A DNA stretch of 64,000 nt, from positions 1,178,001 to 1,242,000 of the forward strand of contig OZ037836.1 of the NCBI GenBank assembly GCA_964035575.1. Direction: 5' to 3'. Below the pieces are notes generated by a model that saw nothing but the letters and a program-made list of their open reading frames with translations, did no database searches and was not told where the DNA came from. This document shows positions 1 through 12,596 of this stretch, in pieces (within the stretch, counting starts at the first letter, position 1; every line of letters starts with the position of its first letter). Both the position numbers and the translations under genes were made by a program. This stretch comes from Rhynchopus sp. YZ270_cl-10. Lineage: Eukaryota.

Positions 1-557
1 TCTGCTGGCTTGGTACCCCCGAGGACGATGTGCTTGGGTTCCAAGGCCGGAGCGAGACCTGCCTTCGAACCTAGCGTGCCCACCAGATCCCGGAGCCGGT
101 CGTGCCTGCGAATCGTGCAAGATTTTTTGACAAGGCGCTGGCCCATACAAAATGCACTGGTGGTACAGAAAATGGCTGGGGAATAAACTCTAGATGCTCA
201 AAACAGCCCAATTCATGCTTTTTTTGACTTTTTGGTCTCAGAAGGGTACCTAGGGTGTAGTGAGCAGGCCTCAAAAACACTTGTGAAAAAAAAAAAATTT
301 TTTTTTTTTTTGAGATTTTTGAAAAATCGGCCGATTTTGCGACCAAATTTGGCTGGGGAATTTCGGCGACCAAAGGGTCCCCCCTTTGGAAAAAAAACGA
401 AATCGACCAAAAAAGGTACCCTAACATTTCGGTTTTTTTCGGTTTTCATTTCGTTTTTTTCGGTTTTTCTGGTACAAGGGGAAATTTCCCTTTGCGAAAA
501 AAAAAAAAAACGAAATGGACCGAATTACACCGAATTGGACCGAACAGTTAGGGTACC

Positions 558-1066
558 TCCTTTGGAAGTGTTTTTTTGGTGTTTTTACATCAAAAAAAAA
601 TGGTATGGCAATGGTATGGCAGCGCTCCGGCAGCACTCCAGCATGCTGTTTGACCCATATAGGGGTCAAGAAATGGCTAAAAACCCCCGAAAAAGGACCC
701 TGGGAGCCCAGATAGTTCCAAATTTCCACCACATCCCCACCCAAACACCGCAAAAACACGACAGAAAGTCGTCTTAAAAAACACACATTTTTCAAAAAGG
801 TCATTATGGAACCTGCCTGATTACCTTTTTGAAAAAAGTGTGTTTTTTAAGAGGATTTTCTGTCGTGTTTTTGCGGTGTTTGGGTGGGGATGTGGTGGAA
901 ATTTGGAAAGATTGGGGTTCCGGGGGCCCTTTTTCGGGGGTTATAACCAAAAATATGGCCGAGAATGTGGTCGAGCAACGGTGGCAGTGCTGTCCCGGGG
1001 GCGGTCCGGGGGTTTTATGGGGGTGTTTTTCAGCGTGAAAACACCAAAAAAACACTTCCAAAAGTG
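558..1066. repeat. Imperfect ~500-bp palindrome (foldback) centred near 815
   Basis: Arms ~680-805 and ~822-945 are near reverse complements (ccaaatttccaccacatccccacccaaacaccgcaaaaacacgacagaaa vs tttctgtcgtgtttttgcggtgtttgggtggggatgtggtggaaatttgg). The outer pair is ttggaagtgtttttttggtgtttt / aaaacaccaaaaaaacacttccaa. Confidence 0.85.
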
Positions 1067-1711
1067 TCAAATATGTCCAAAACAGGTTGGAATGGACTCA
1101 CAGGCCACTTTTGGGGTATATTTGTGCCAAAGGAGGTTTTGTGATGTTAAAAAATAACCGTTTTTTTGGGTTTTTCTTGAAAAATCGCTATTTTGCCCAA
1201 CATGGCCAAAACCGTCAAAAAGCCGTTTTTTCACTATTTTTTTCCATTTTTTTGTATTCTGGGGTGGCTTCTGGGTCGTTTTTCGGCCCACAGGCCCCCT
1301 GTGACCCACTCTGAGGGTGTTTTTCACCCGCAGTTGCCTTGGAAATGACCAGAAGTTTAAAAATGAGTTTTTGGTACGAAATTTTATACACAAGTCTATT
1401 AGGAGTCGGACCCCCTAACCCCCCCCCTTAGGGCCCCCCCCTATAGGGGTAGTGGTGTCAGTATTCTGATGGGAGCCCATTGGAATACACAAAATACATC
1501 AAAATACATCAAAATACACGTGTATTTTGATGTATTTTGATGTATTTTGATGCCAAAAATACATCAAAATACGTGACGTTGAGTAGATGCGTAGACAAAG
1601 CAGTTTGACCCCAACACACACCAACAATGGGGGGGGGGAAAGCTAATTTTGACTGGGAAAAAAAAATTGAAACCGCCCCTACTTTTTTTTTTTTTGTACT
1701 TTTGTGATTTT

Positions 1712-2356
1712 TTAATACTCTGTAACCTCTACACGCTTTTACGGCAGGTAACCGGTTTGAGGTGAAAGTGTGGAGACACAGCCCAGTGGCACCTACTCGG
1801 GCACAAAGCCTGGAGGGCCTGATGGAGACAAGCAATTTTTTGGTCTGCACATACTACAACTTCACTTTTTTTGTAAATTTGTTTTTTGGAAACGTGAACA
1901 AACATGAATGCTACACTTCCACCACAACATCCTCTAATTCACTCGGCATCCACCACGTGTTCACCACCTTCGCTTTGAGGTAGGTGTGGAGCGCAGCCAG
2001 TTTGTGCACTTTTTGTGCGTACATCTTCGTGCGCTTGCCTTCAGACACCCTCCCGCGGTGCTGAAAAAGCGCTCAACCCCACATTGATGTGGCACAATCC
2101 GCGTGTACTTAAACCCCAGTGGCGCAAGCAGAGACCCCCTCTTGTACTACCCCCTCTCTCTCTCCACCGGAGCAAGTGTCATCACCATCTTCCGCCACTC
2201 TTCTATCGGCCAAGCCCCTAATCTTTTCAAAAGACTACAACAAAAAAACAAACACACAAAGATTAAAAAAGTAAAAGAATGCCCTTCCTCAGTCCGGAAG
2301 TATCACCTCAAACCGGTTACCTGCCGTAAAAGCGTGTAGAGGTTACAGAGTATTAA
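1712..2356 (-). mobile_element. Non-autonomous TIR element carrying a hAT transposase C-terminal (dimerisation) relic
   Basis: ~52-bp perfect TIRs (TTAATACTCTGTAACCTCTACACGCTTTTACGGCAGGTAACCGGTTTGAGGTGA). The minus strand at ~1975-2140 reads LLAPLGFKYTRIVPHQCGVERFFSTAG, then after a frameshift KRTKMYAQKVHKLAALHTYL, matching the hAT P-x4-ERxFS motif. Confidence 0.7.
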
Positions 2357-2729
2357 CACTCAATCCCAAATTTTTGTCCAAACTGGGTACTTTTCTAAAT
2401 AAAGAACAACTATTCAAAACTGTAAAATTCTTGCTTTAATTGATTTTTTGGGGTACCTCCCATCTACAGTCAAAAAAAATCGAGCAGATTCGTTGAGTGA
2501 CTAAAACCTCAGAACCCATAGAGAGAGGGACCCTGGTTCCCTGTAATTCCTTAAGGAAATGTCTTTGCCATTTTCAAAAATATTATGGCCGCAAAAATGG
2601 CAGTATGTAATCTGTGGTGCTCAAAAGTGCAAAATTCTTGCTCCAATGGATTCTCCGGGTATATATTGTACCTGGAGAATATGGTCAGATCACTCTTCAG
2701 ACCATCTGGGGTATGGTCACACACAGGTA

Positions 2730-3384
2730 GTATACACAGTATACACAGTATACACAGTATACACAGTATACACAGTATACACAGTATACACAGTATACAC
2801 AGTATACACAGTATACACAGTATACACAGTATACACAGTATACACAGTATACACAGTATACACAGTATACACAGTATACACAGTATACACAGTATACACA
2901 GTATACACAGTATACACAGTATACACAGTATACACAGTATACACAGTATACACAGTATACACAGTATACACAGGTAGTATACACAGTATACACAGTATAC
3001 ACAGTATACACAGTATACACAGTATACACAGTATACACAGTATACACAGTATACACAGTATACACAGTATACACAGTATACACAGTATACACAGTATACA
3101 CAGTATACACAGTATACACAGTATACACAGTATACACAGTATACACAGGTAGTATACACAGTATACACAGTATACACAGTATACACAGTATACACAGTAT
3201 ACACAGTATACACAGTATACACAGTATACACAGTATACACAGTATACACAGTATACACAGTATACACAGTATACACAGTATACACAGTATACACAGTATA
3301 CACAGTATACACAGTATACACAGTATACACAGTATACACAGTATACACAGTATACACAGTATACACAGTATACACAGTATACAC
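2730..3384 (+). repeat. Satellite (CACAGTATA)n, ~70 units
   Basis: Direct reading; two internal CAGGTAG variant interruptions. Confidence 0.98.
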
Positions 3385-5095
3385 CCAACTTTTTCTTTTT
3401 TATGTTCCCTTTGGAGGGTGTCTAAATTTGTACTTTTTTTTTCGCTTTTTTCGAAAATTTCCCAGGGTCGGGAGATGAGCAGGGGAGGGAAGAATGTTAA
3501 CTCACAGCCCAGGGTGTCTCCTAATTCTGGAAAATTTTCGGAAAATTCCGACATCTGGAAGCAATTTTTTTCCCTGGAAAAAAAGTGGGTGTTCAGCCCC
3601 AAAACATACCGCGATTGGAATTTCCGGAATCCGTCCGCGCTGTGGTGGGGTCACTTTGCCGAAATAGCCAAGTTCTTGGTTTTCGCCAAAATGAGTGTAA
3701 GGTAAAGGGGGCAGGTAAATCCCACAACCCAGATTTTCTCCCTGATCCTGAAAACATGAAAATGCCCGAAAACACCTGCATTTGCATTTTCGGAAAAGTT
3801 CCGTCCAGCCAGTGGTGGGGTCAATTTGCCAAAATGGACAAGTTCTTGCTTGTGGTCAAACCCGTCAGCGTAAGGTAAAGGGGGCCAAGTGTTTGCCTGT
3901 AGAAACTGGTAGGGAACAGGCAGCGCCGCAGGCGCACGGTACCCAACATACTTTTTTCTGGAAAATACCAAAAAATAAGCACTTTAAACACGTCCCTAAT
4001 TTTTCCGCAAACCTTTTTCCCGGCAATTTTTTTCCAAATCCCGGAAGCGGAAGCAAATTAGGAAACACCCTGACACAGCCCCAACACAAAAAAATTGAAA
4101 AAAACTTTTTTTCAAAAAAACTTTTTTCCCCAAAAATCTCAAAAAAACCTGGGCCGTTGGCAGGCAGGACGCGAACGCATAAAAAAAGTTTGTTTGCCCT
4201 TACACACATAACAACCCCAAAAAAATTGTCCGCAGGTCCACAGAAGTCCCTAAAACCACTCGAAAGTGATTGCCGGACCCCACCGGGGGTGGAATACCCT
4301 GTTTTCGGGTCCAAAATGCGTGTTTTTTCAGTGCTGTCCCCACCTGTAACAGTTGTAACAGTACTGTAACAGTAGCACCTCCCGGCTAAAATGTGGTTTT
4401 TTTTTTTTTTTTTTTTTTTTTACTGGTTTTCTTCCTTGCTTTCGTATTTTTTGTTTTCTGTATCTATGTGGATCCCCCCCAGTGAACCGTTTGGGACCCC
4501 GCTCTGCCGTGGCAGTCGTGGTTAGCGTTGTCATGTTTGTCTGTAGCACACAAGTAAGAAGAGAGACTCTAGGTCTCATTGGCGTCTGTTTCTCAAAAGT
4601 TTGGTTGTTGTTCTACTCTTGTGGGTTGCCGTTAAACGGAAGCGCCTCCCCATTTACCACGAAAATCGGGGGGAACATACAGGCTGCACAGGTTTTTGTG
4701 TATAAAAAAAATTCAAAATTTTCAGCAAAGGCATACAAAAAAATAGACTTTTGGCCCCAAAACCCCCAGAAATCGCTCTGTGCACACATCTGACTGGAAA
4801 AAACCACTTTTCCTCTTGTTTTGGGCTATTTAAAAAAATTGAATTTTTTGATAAATCGCCCTGTATCAAATACCCTCAGAAAACGGTGAAAATGGGGTGA
4901 AAACGCTACAAAAAGTGTCAAAAAAAGCTCTCAAAAGTGCCAAAAAGTGCCCAAAAGGCATCAAATAGTGAGGATATGTCCCAGAAATGTGTTTTCTGGG
5001 GTGGTTTTGTGTTTTCGAATGATTTTTTTGCACTTTTTCATGATTTTTTGGGTAGCGTGACAGCAATTCCCGGTTAGGTGGCACCCCCTACCCCC

Positions 5096-7372
5096 CCCCC
5101 TAGGCATACCGTGCAGACGAGTCGTCTACTCGTCTATCCTCGTCTTTTTGGGTCACGACCCAAAAACTCGTCTTTTTACTCGTCTTACTCGTCTATCCTC
5201 GTCTCATACTCGCCTATCCTCGCCTATCCTCGTCTATCCTCGTCTTGACGAGTGCTGTACTCGTCTCATACTCGTTTGTTAGGCCCTATGAGGTGCTCAC
5301 GGGTGAGCGTTGTCCGGCCAGCCAGTAGACCTCTTCGTCGGTGTCTTTCTGTGTCTTGCAGTTGACAGTACCAAAGTCCATTATTAATGTACTTTTGAGT
5401 AACCCGTACAACTGTCTCGTGTGTTCCAGTGTGTCGATGTTGTCTGGTGATCGATATTGCTCTCCATCTCCGCACGTAAACGTGCTGCAACACAAACGTT
5501 CCACCGACGTTACCTACAACTGCTCAGATGGCAAAGGGGAAGGGGAGAGGGAGGGGACTCGTTACCTGACGTACAAGGAGGCAGGAGCACATAGTAGCGG
5601 TATCCGAACCTCGAAATAGGAAGGTGACAGCTGCGTGGAGATCACACGACTACACGTCTTCAATTTATATATAATGGGTTTTTGCCGCTGTGCACTGTAG
5701 TATATGTAGTATATCATCCAAAATCTCGCTAGCCGTATACTTTTTCATATTTTTCACTCAGAAATGTGAGATGCATATTTTTTATCGTCCGACACCGGAA
5801 TTGAACGTTTCGAAACCGCGCTTTCAAAAGAAATAGAAATCTCAAAAAAATAAAAAAAATATTTTTTCTGAAATGGCCGTGTCAGTTTTTTCTCGTTTTC
5901 TTATCGGTGACTCAAGAAATAAAGTGTCAACAAACGCCCAAAAAAATTAGCTTGTATGCATTTCCGGACTCCGCCCAATAAAATAAAAAAAAAAATCGAA
6001 AACTTTAGTGGAGTTAAAGTTACATAAAAACCAGACCATGGCTCTAGGTACTAATACAAGGCAAATTCCTTAGCAAAACGGGCCGAGTTCCACACAAAAT
6101 ACTAGTGACAGTCAAAATTGTTTCGCGAGACGAAACCGGCGTTATTTGAATGATATTATGAACCCTCGTTCCAAAGAAAAAAAAATCGAAAACTTTCTTG
6201 AAGTTGCGTCAAGGTGAAACATCTTGGTCATTAGAAGGAAAACCCGGGAAATCCTTAAGGAAATGGGTGTGGTAAGGGAAACCTTAAGGAACCTACTGAA
6301 AACCACCCCCCTCACGATTTTTCTTCAGAATACCACAGGTGCGTAAAAAAAATCGTCCGACCCCGGAATTGAACGCTTTTACACCCGATCTTTCAAAATA
6401 AATAAAAATCGAAAAAAAAATCTGGGCTAATAATTTCCAGGATGTTTGCGGGCACGCCCGCAAGCGTTTGCGACACCGAGGGTGTAATTTTTTCCCCCGA
6501 AAATGCGCTTGTATGAATTTCCGGAGCGATCTGAAAAAATTCCGGGGTCGGACAATTTTTTTAGCAAAAAATGGATAACCTAAAAACCAGACCAAAATCG
6601 GGCTTTTCTATACGGCTGGGCAGATTTTGGATGATATACGTACCTCCCCCCGTGTATTTGTCCTGTGCATATGTCCGTGTTGGTCGAGGCTCGGACATAT
6701 CCGCAAACCCGCAAAAGGAATATACACATGCCTTCTGACATTACACATGCCGGACCTATGCACAGTTCAGGTAGTATATACTACATATACTACAGTGCGC
6801 AGCGGCAAAAACCCATTCCGAGCTTTCCGTCCGGTACGTTGGCGGGGCATCTCCGGTCATATGTGTATAGATGTATATAAAATGGGACACTCGTCTGTAC
6901 TCGTCTGACGAGGATAGACGAGTATCGAGACGAGGATCTAGGGGGGTCCTAGCAGACCAAATTTCTATGGGAGCCTCTGTCGGAAAAACTATTTTCACGC
7001 CTTGTCGGCGGGAAAAAAAAAAAAAAAATTTTTTTTTTTTGCGACCCTGCACCCCAAAAAAATTTGAAAAAAAAAAATTTTTTTTTTGAGCCAGCTGCCA
7101 GCACCTTAGCAAAAATCTGAATCCTGTGAATCTACCGAAATTTTGTTTCATTTTGCACTTTTCTCCCCGCAAAAAGCGAAAAAAAGTGGTGGGACACTGC
7201 GGGACACTGGAAAAAATGTGTTCTGGAGCAATTCCGTGTGTTTTCGGGGACTTAGGCATATTTTTCAAAAAAAATAGTTTTTCCGACAGAGCTTATTACT
7301 AGCTAGGATCCCCCTAGAGGATCGCCACTCGTCTCACTCGTTCCGACTCGTCCGCACGGTATGCCTAGGGGG
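5096..7372. mobile_element. Non-autonomous TIR element with nested inner inverted repeats
   Basis: TIR CCCCCTAGGCATACCGTGC(A/G)GACGAGTCG at 5096-5124 and reverse complement at 7344-7372, with subterminal CTCGTC/GACGAG arrays. Inner inverted pair ~5670-5740 vs ~6608-6640 plus ~6775-6816. No clear TSD. Confidence 0.75.
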
Positions 7373-8791
7373 CGCGCGCCCCCCCGCCCCCCCTCCAGAA
7401 AAAACACTGCTTATATAAGGTTAAGGGGATTGGCTGACGACACTGAGGACCTCCTTGGGCCACAGCTGTTGACGAAGTCGAGCATTACCCGGCTGTACAC
7501 GGTCGGCCTGAAATCAGGTCCGAATCTAGGATATGTGAACAAAATAAAAATAGCCAAAAAAGACGAAAGGGGGGAGGGGGCAGGGGGGCGGAGGGAGGGG
7601 AGGAAAAAGAGGGAATTGGTCACTCCAGGTCTACGCCGCGGGCGACAGGAGGCCATGCAACTCAGCGAGAAGATTGGTGGCCATGACGCGGTCCCCTTCC
7701 AGGATGGCACGGCTCGAACCCCAAGAGTGGAAGGCGGACAACGCAGCCGGGGGAGAAAGGAGTGCTACCGTGGATGGGGTGGTACCGCTGGTACCAGGCG
7801 GCGACGGTGGAGGAGTGAGGTCGGGGACGGCAGCTGTGTTGGCTGTGAAGGAGCCTCCCGTCTGCTGGGCCTGGTTCGAAGAAAAGGGGGTGGTGGTGGT
7901 CGGGGCACGTTCGGAGTTGCGGGACGTCCGGCAGGAGGAGAGGGGCTGCTGGACGCGGGGGCACAAGGGCACGGAGGGGAAGCAGACAACGCAAGCCCAC
8001 GACCCACAAGAGAGGCACTCCCAGTGGGTGTCGGCGCCTGAGCAGCAACTTTGGCACGGCTCACGGTCAAGATTATCCGAACCAGAGGACGCAAGCAGAC
8101 ACACTGCCAGAGACCCTCCACCTCGGGGAGGTGCTGCCCTGCCACCAACACACCACGTCGTCATTGTGCGTGTCTCTGTCGCTTCTGGCTTTGCTCGGGG
8201 GATTCGTCTCTGCTTCGTTTCGGACGTGCTTCAACCACAAGCTTACTCAGCTCGCCGTTCCTCACTTCGTTGGACACAACACTGCTGCAGCCGGAAAGGT
8301 AAATGCTCGTCAACGAAGTGCAGCCCTCAGCAAATTCCGTAGTATTATAAGTCCAAATATTCAAACCAATCGACGTCACGTTCCTGAGTGGTGATAAATC
8401 CAGGGTTGTTAAGCTTCTGCAGTTGTAAAGGAAACCTGAGCCAACCTGCGTCACATTGCTGAGTGGTGATAAATCGATGCTGGTTAAGCTCTCGCAGTCG
8501 GAAAGAAAGCTGCTCTCAATCGACGTCACGTTGCTGAGTGGCGACAAATCCAGGGTCGTTAAGCTGCTGCAGCTGTAAAGGAAACATGAGCCAACGTGCG
8601 CCACATTGCTGAGCTGTGATAACTCGACGTTGGTTAAGCTCCTGCAGCCGGAAAGAAAGCTGCGATGAATCCACGTCACTTTCCTGAGTGGGAATAAATC
8701 CAGGGTCGTTAAGCGACTGCATACCGCAAGGAAGCACTCACCAACCTGCGTCACATTGCTCAACCCAGAGAGGTCGACACTTGTCAACGAG

Positions 8792-11257
8792 TTAAACTTG
8801 TTAACGTGACCCACCCCCACAATTAGCCGACCAGCAGCCTAATTATGAGGATGGCACCACGTGTACACCATCGTTATCGAAACACCAGACGCGTCTGATT
8901 CACGTCGTGGTGACCCTTCTTGCAGCAGTTCGCCGGCGAAGCAATCATCGGGCGTCCGTCACGGTTCTTCTTCTTCCTCTCACTGGCCACACAAATATCG
9001 CAAGCTCCTCTGTCGTGTCCTCTGCAGTTGTGGTGCTTGCCACAGCACTGCTTCGCCGTCATCGGTGTCGCTGCCCCCGCACACTGCCCGCACGCAGACA
9101 TACTGTGCTGTTCACACGAGTCTAGTGCCTCATCGCATGCCTCCAAAATGTTCGCATCGCAGTGGTGCATCGCACAACAGTTGTTGATGTTGTTGCGGTT
9201 GAGGGTGCAGTCCTCGCATCGCAACCTACTGTGTGTGACGCACACCTGCATGTTCCCCTGCTTCCTCTGCGCCTTTACCCGGACAGCCGGCGTCTGTCTC
9301 CTCCTCTCGTCTGCACGTATTCTCTGCGCTGCCGCGACCGCGGCAATCGCTGACTCCCTCCGTCTCGTCTCTGCCTGCACCTGTGCCTCTGCCATCTGCT
9401 TCCATTGTTCACCCCTTACGGAGCGTTCGTCGGCAGCAGAGTGAGTCACCGTGCAGTCACCCCATCCCGTTCCCTTCTTCTTCTTCTTCTGTTGCGCCAC
9501 TGTTGCTGCTTGCTTCTCGGTCGCCTTCAGCCGCATGTCACGCAGGTACTGCTCAACCTCTGCCGAATACGTCAGCACAGGTCTCACAGAATACCCCACG
9601 TGGGTTCCGGCCCCCAGCTCCCCCAGATGTCGCACCGAAGTCAACCTAACACCTTTCCACACCGTTCTACCGCCCGCCATCACCTCTGCCTGTCGCAACA
9701 TACTGCCGAAAAATTCAGCTCTTTTCCCCACTGATACCCCCGGCACATCCAACCCCGAGAAGACTTCGAAATCCAACATGAGCTCTATCTGCGTGATGGG
9801 GGGCGTTGTGCCATCAGGCCAACGCAGTGCAGCGAGCCACGTCTTCATCGCCCAGAAAAGGTCTTCCGTCCACTTGTCGCTGTGGATATGTCCACTTTTC
9901 CACAGTACACGCTCAAGCGGGTCGAACGCCTCTAGCTCTGCCTCCTGCGGCGGCTTCCAGCCCCAAGGAAACATCGACATCCCACCCAGCTTCGGCGCGT
10001 TCTTCTTGTCGCAGCGCCCGATTTCCCGATCGTACGCATGGCGCGCAATGATGATTGCCGCCATCATCCCCTGCACACGCTTCACCAGCTTCGCCTTCTC
10101 TTTCGCGCTTAACTCCTGCAAGAAGACCTCGGGCACCAGGCCGTGATTCATGAAGCATGGAGGTGCGTTCATGAGCGTGATCCGGAGCTCGTCGATATCT
10201 TCTCCACGGTGCGAGTCCCACCGCGGGCACCACCACCACGTGTGCACCCTCGTCTCAATCGCCATGTCGCAGTACCTGCACAGCGACGACACGTCTTTTC
10301 CCCATTCCTGCAAGTGCACACCCACCACCGTCGAGCCCGAGAGAGTGCCCCGAATGGTACCTGCCACGTACCTGTCCGTCGAAGCGTCTCTCCACAGCTC
10401 GTTCGTCAGCTGCCGGTCCACGCCGCTCTCGATCCCCTTCATCCCTGTTCTGCGTTCCGCCGTCGCTCGGAATGCTTTCGCGCGAATGCCCACCCGCAGC
10501 TCGTGCAGCCACTTGCCGCTCTCATACTGCTGGATGCTCACCCTCATCCCGGTGTGCGTCGTCCAGCAGTGGAAATCGTCCCATTTCCATCCGTACCGCT
10601 CCAGGTCATCCCACAGCAACTCGATCACCCCCTTCTTTAGCTTCTTCACCGGCACCCGGGGGTTCTCAACGCCAGGATTCTGCTGCCTCAGACGTGCGAG
10701 TTCTGCGATCCTGTCGACGCGCTGCCGGAGCACCTCCGTCTTGCGGTCTCGTACCAGCCTCCATACCTCCTCTGCCTCCCTCTGCAGCTCCTCTTGCGTC
10801 ATCATCCGCAGAAAGGTCCCCATCCTTCGCTGTGCGATCGCCGAGTGAGGATCAATCCCTGCAGGCGACAGCACATGGCACACAATTGCGGAAGAGCGCA
10901 TCTTCCTCCCACGGCCCCACACAGCAACCTCCGCCCCCGCCTTCAGCCCCTGCAATGTCTTCACCGTGAAGGCTGTGACTTCGCACCCATGCAGCGCTGC
11001 CATCATCGGACCCCTGCTGCCAATAAGCGCCTTCTCCGAAAAGGACAGCGGCACATTCGCAACTCTGTGGAAGACTTCCACCGCATTCTTCACACGCTCA
11101 CACGCAATGGGTCCGAAATGGCCGTTCCCAAGCAACATGTCTGCTCCCACCGACTTGAACTCCTTCTTGTCGGGGAAGAAGGCATCCTCCTCCAGCCCAA
11201 ATTTTGTGGTCACCTTTTTGGTGGTGAACCCCACGCACTTCTGCCGCTTCACCTCCA
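8792..11257 (-). mobile_element. 5'-truncated non-LTR retrotransposon (element B)
   Basis: TSD TCGACACTTGTCAACGAG at 8774-8791 and 11258-11275. The ORF is visibly homologous to the post-RT part of element A (LRVGIR..RRTGMKGIESGVD vs LRDGIR..RREDMQGVKDGID; IELMLDFE vs LELALDFE). Confidence 0.9.
8874..11257 (-). CDS. Truncated LINE ORF2 C-terminal region: zf-RVT-like CRYC..H..C finger and triple Cys/His repeat
   Basis: ~790-codon open frame with no RT core motifs; CRYCDMAIETRVHTWWWC; C-terminal Cys/His repeats. Confidence 0.8.
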
Positions 11258-12596
11258 TCGACACTTGTCAACGAGGTGCAGTGTGACAGGAAGCTACCTC
11301 CAATGTGAGTCACAATGGACTCAGCACTGAGATCAAGTCTCGTCAACGAAGTGCGTGCCAAGAACCAATTCGGAATGACAGTCGCAACCTCCGCCTGCAG
11401 AAGCAAACACGCCACCTCAGGATCCTCCACACTCTCCAACGTCTCGGCTGTGATGTCGGTCACACCCAACGCATGAAGCTCTGCAATGGCTTCGTACTTC
11501 TGCGTTTTCGTGAGGATGATTGTGTCACCAGCACTCAGCTGCGTCATGTCCGCTCCTTCTCCCATCGCTTCGCCTCCGAAACTCATGCAAAAGCCGTCTT
11601 CAGGCAACCCCATTGCAGTCGCCACCTTCCGCCGCATCACCCCAAGTGTATCATCCTCACCCAGCTCGACCGTATGCTTCACTCCGTTCAACCCCTTGAT
11701 AGTCAAATCCATATTTGTGTCGCTCTGTATCATAGGTAACGGAGGGTGATGGTGATGTGGAGAAGGTGAGGAGGTGTGGGGGAAATAAACAAGAGTTTCT
11801 TTTGTTGTAGGCCTCGAGCATGGTCATGCACGGATTCGGGTGTTTGCACGATGGCGAAGCAATGGGAGGTACATGTAACTATAGTAACATATAGCATTAC
11901 ATGTCTTGATGGGATTATCCGGAAACACGGGACATAGTTACATTTTCATTTTTCATTAGGAATTCATGTACTTTTTGCAGAGTATAAATATTCCCCTACG
12001 CCGTCTGCTTTAATCGTATGCAACGAAATAAAGGTGGGCAAGAGAGAGGAGCCTAGGGGGAAGTATTCCACCCTTGAGTATCAGGTGTATCGTCACCAAG
12101 CACGTACCGCAGAAAAGTACGTTGTTCCCTTGGCAACTGCGTAGTGCAAGGCGGACTCGAGAAGTCATTTGCAGACAGCACATCTCACGCCTGGATGTCG
12201 CAGCTATGCCGTGTGCAATAAGCTGGCCTGACTCCAAGAATGAAACATTAAAATACAACAATGTCCCTTCTTCCGGATCATCCCCATCAAGATATCAAGA
12301 AGTACCCCAAACACTATCCCCCCTTGTAGAACTTGTGTGGATGTTATCATCAGCTTGTACCCCTTTATTACTCAATCGTACACGATCGATTTATCACATG
12401 ATTTTGTACTATTTGAGGTGCTTGGTGGTGTTGGTGGTTCAACTACCACCAAACACCATGAGGTCTGGTCTGGTGTGGGTAGGGGTCTTTGGTGGGTTAC
12501 TGTCAAGATTATCCGAACCAGAGGACGCAAGCAGACATACTGCCAGAGACCCTCCACCTCGGGGAGGTGCTGCCCTGCCACCAACACACCACGTCG

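Larger units (their letters stand above)
8161..11712 (-). pseudogene. UBL-LRR family copy 1, disrupted by a LINE insertion
   Basis: 5' half (MDLTIKGLNG...LTSVD) at 11258-11712 and 3' LRR half at 8161-8791, separated by an insert flanked by an 18-bp TSD. Confidence 0.9.
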
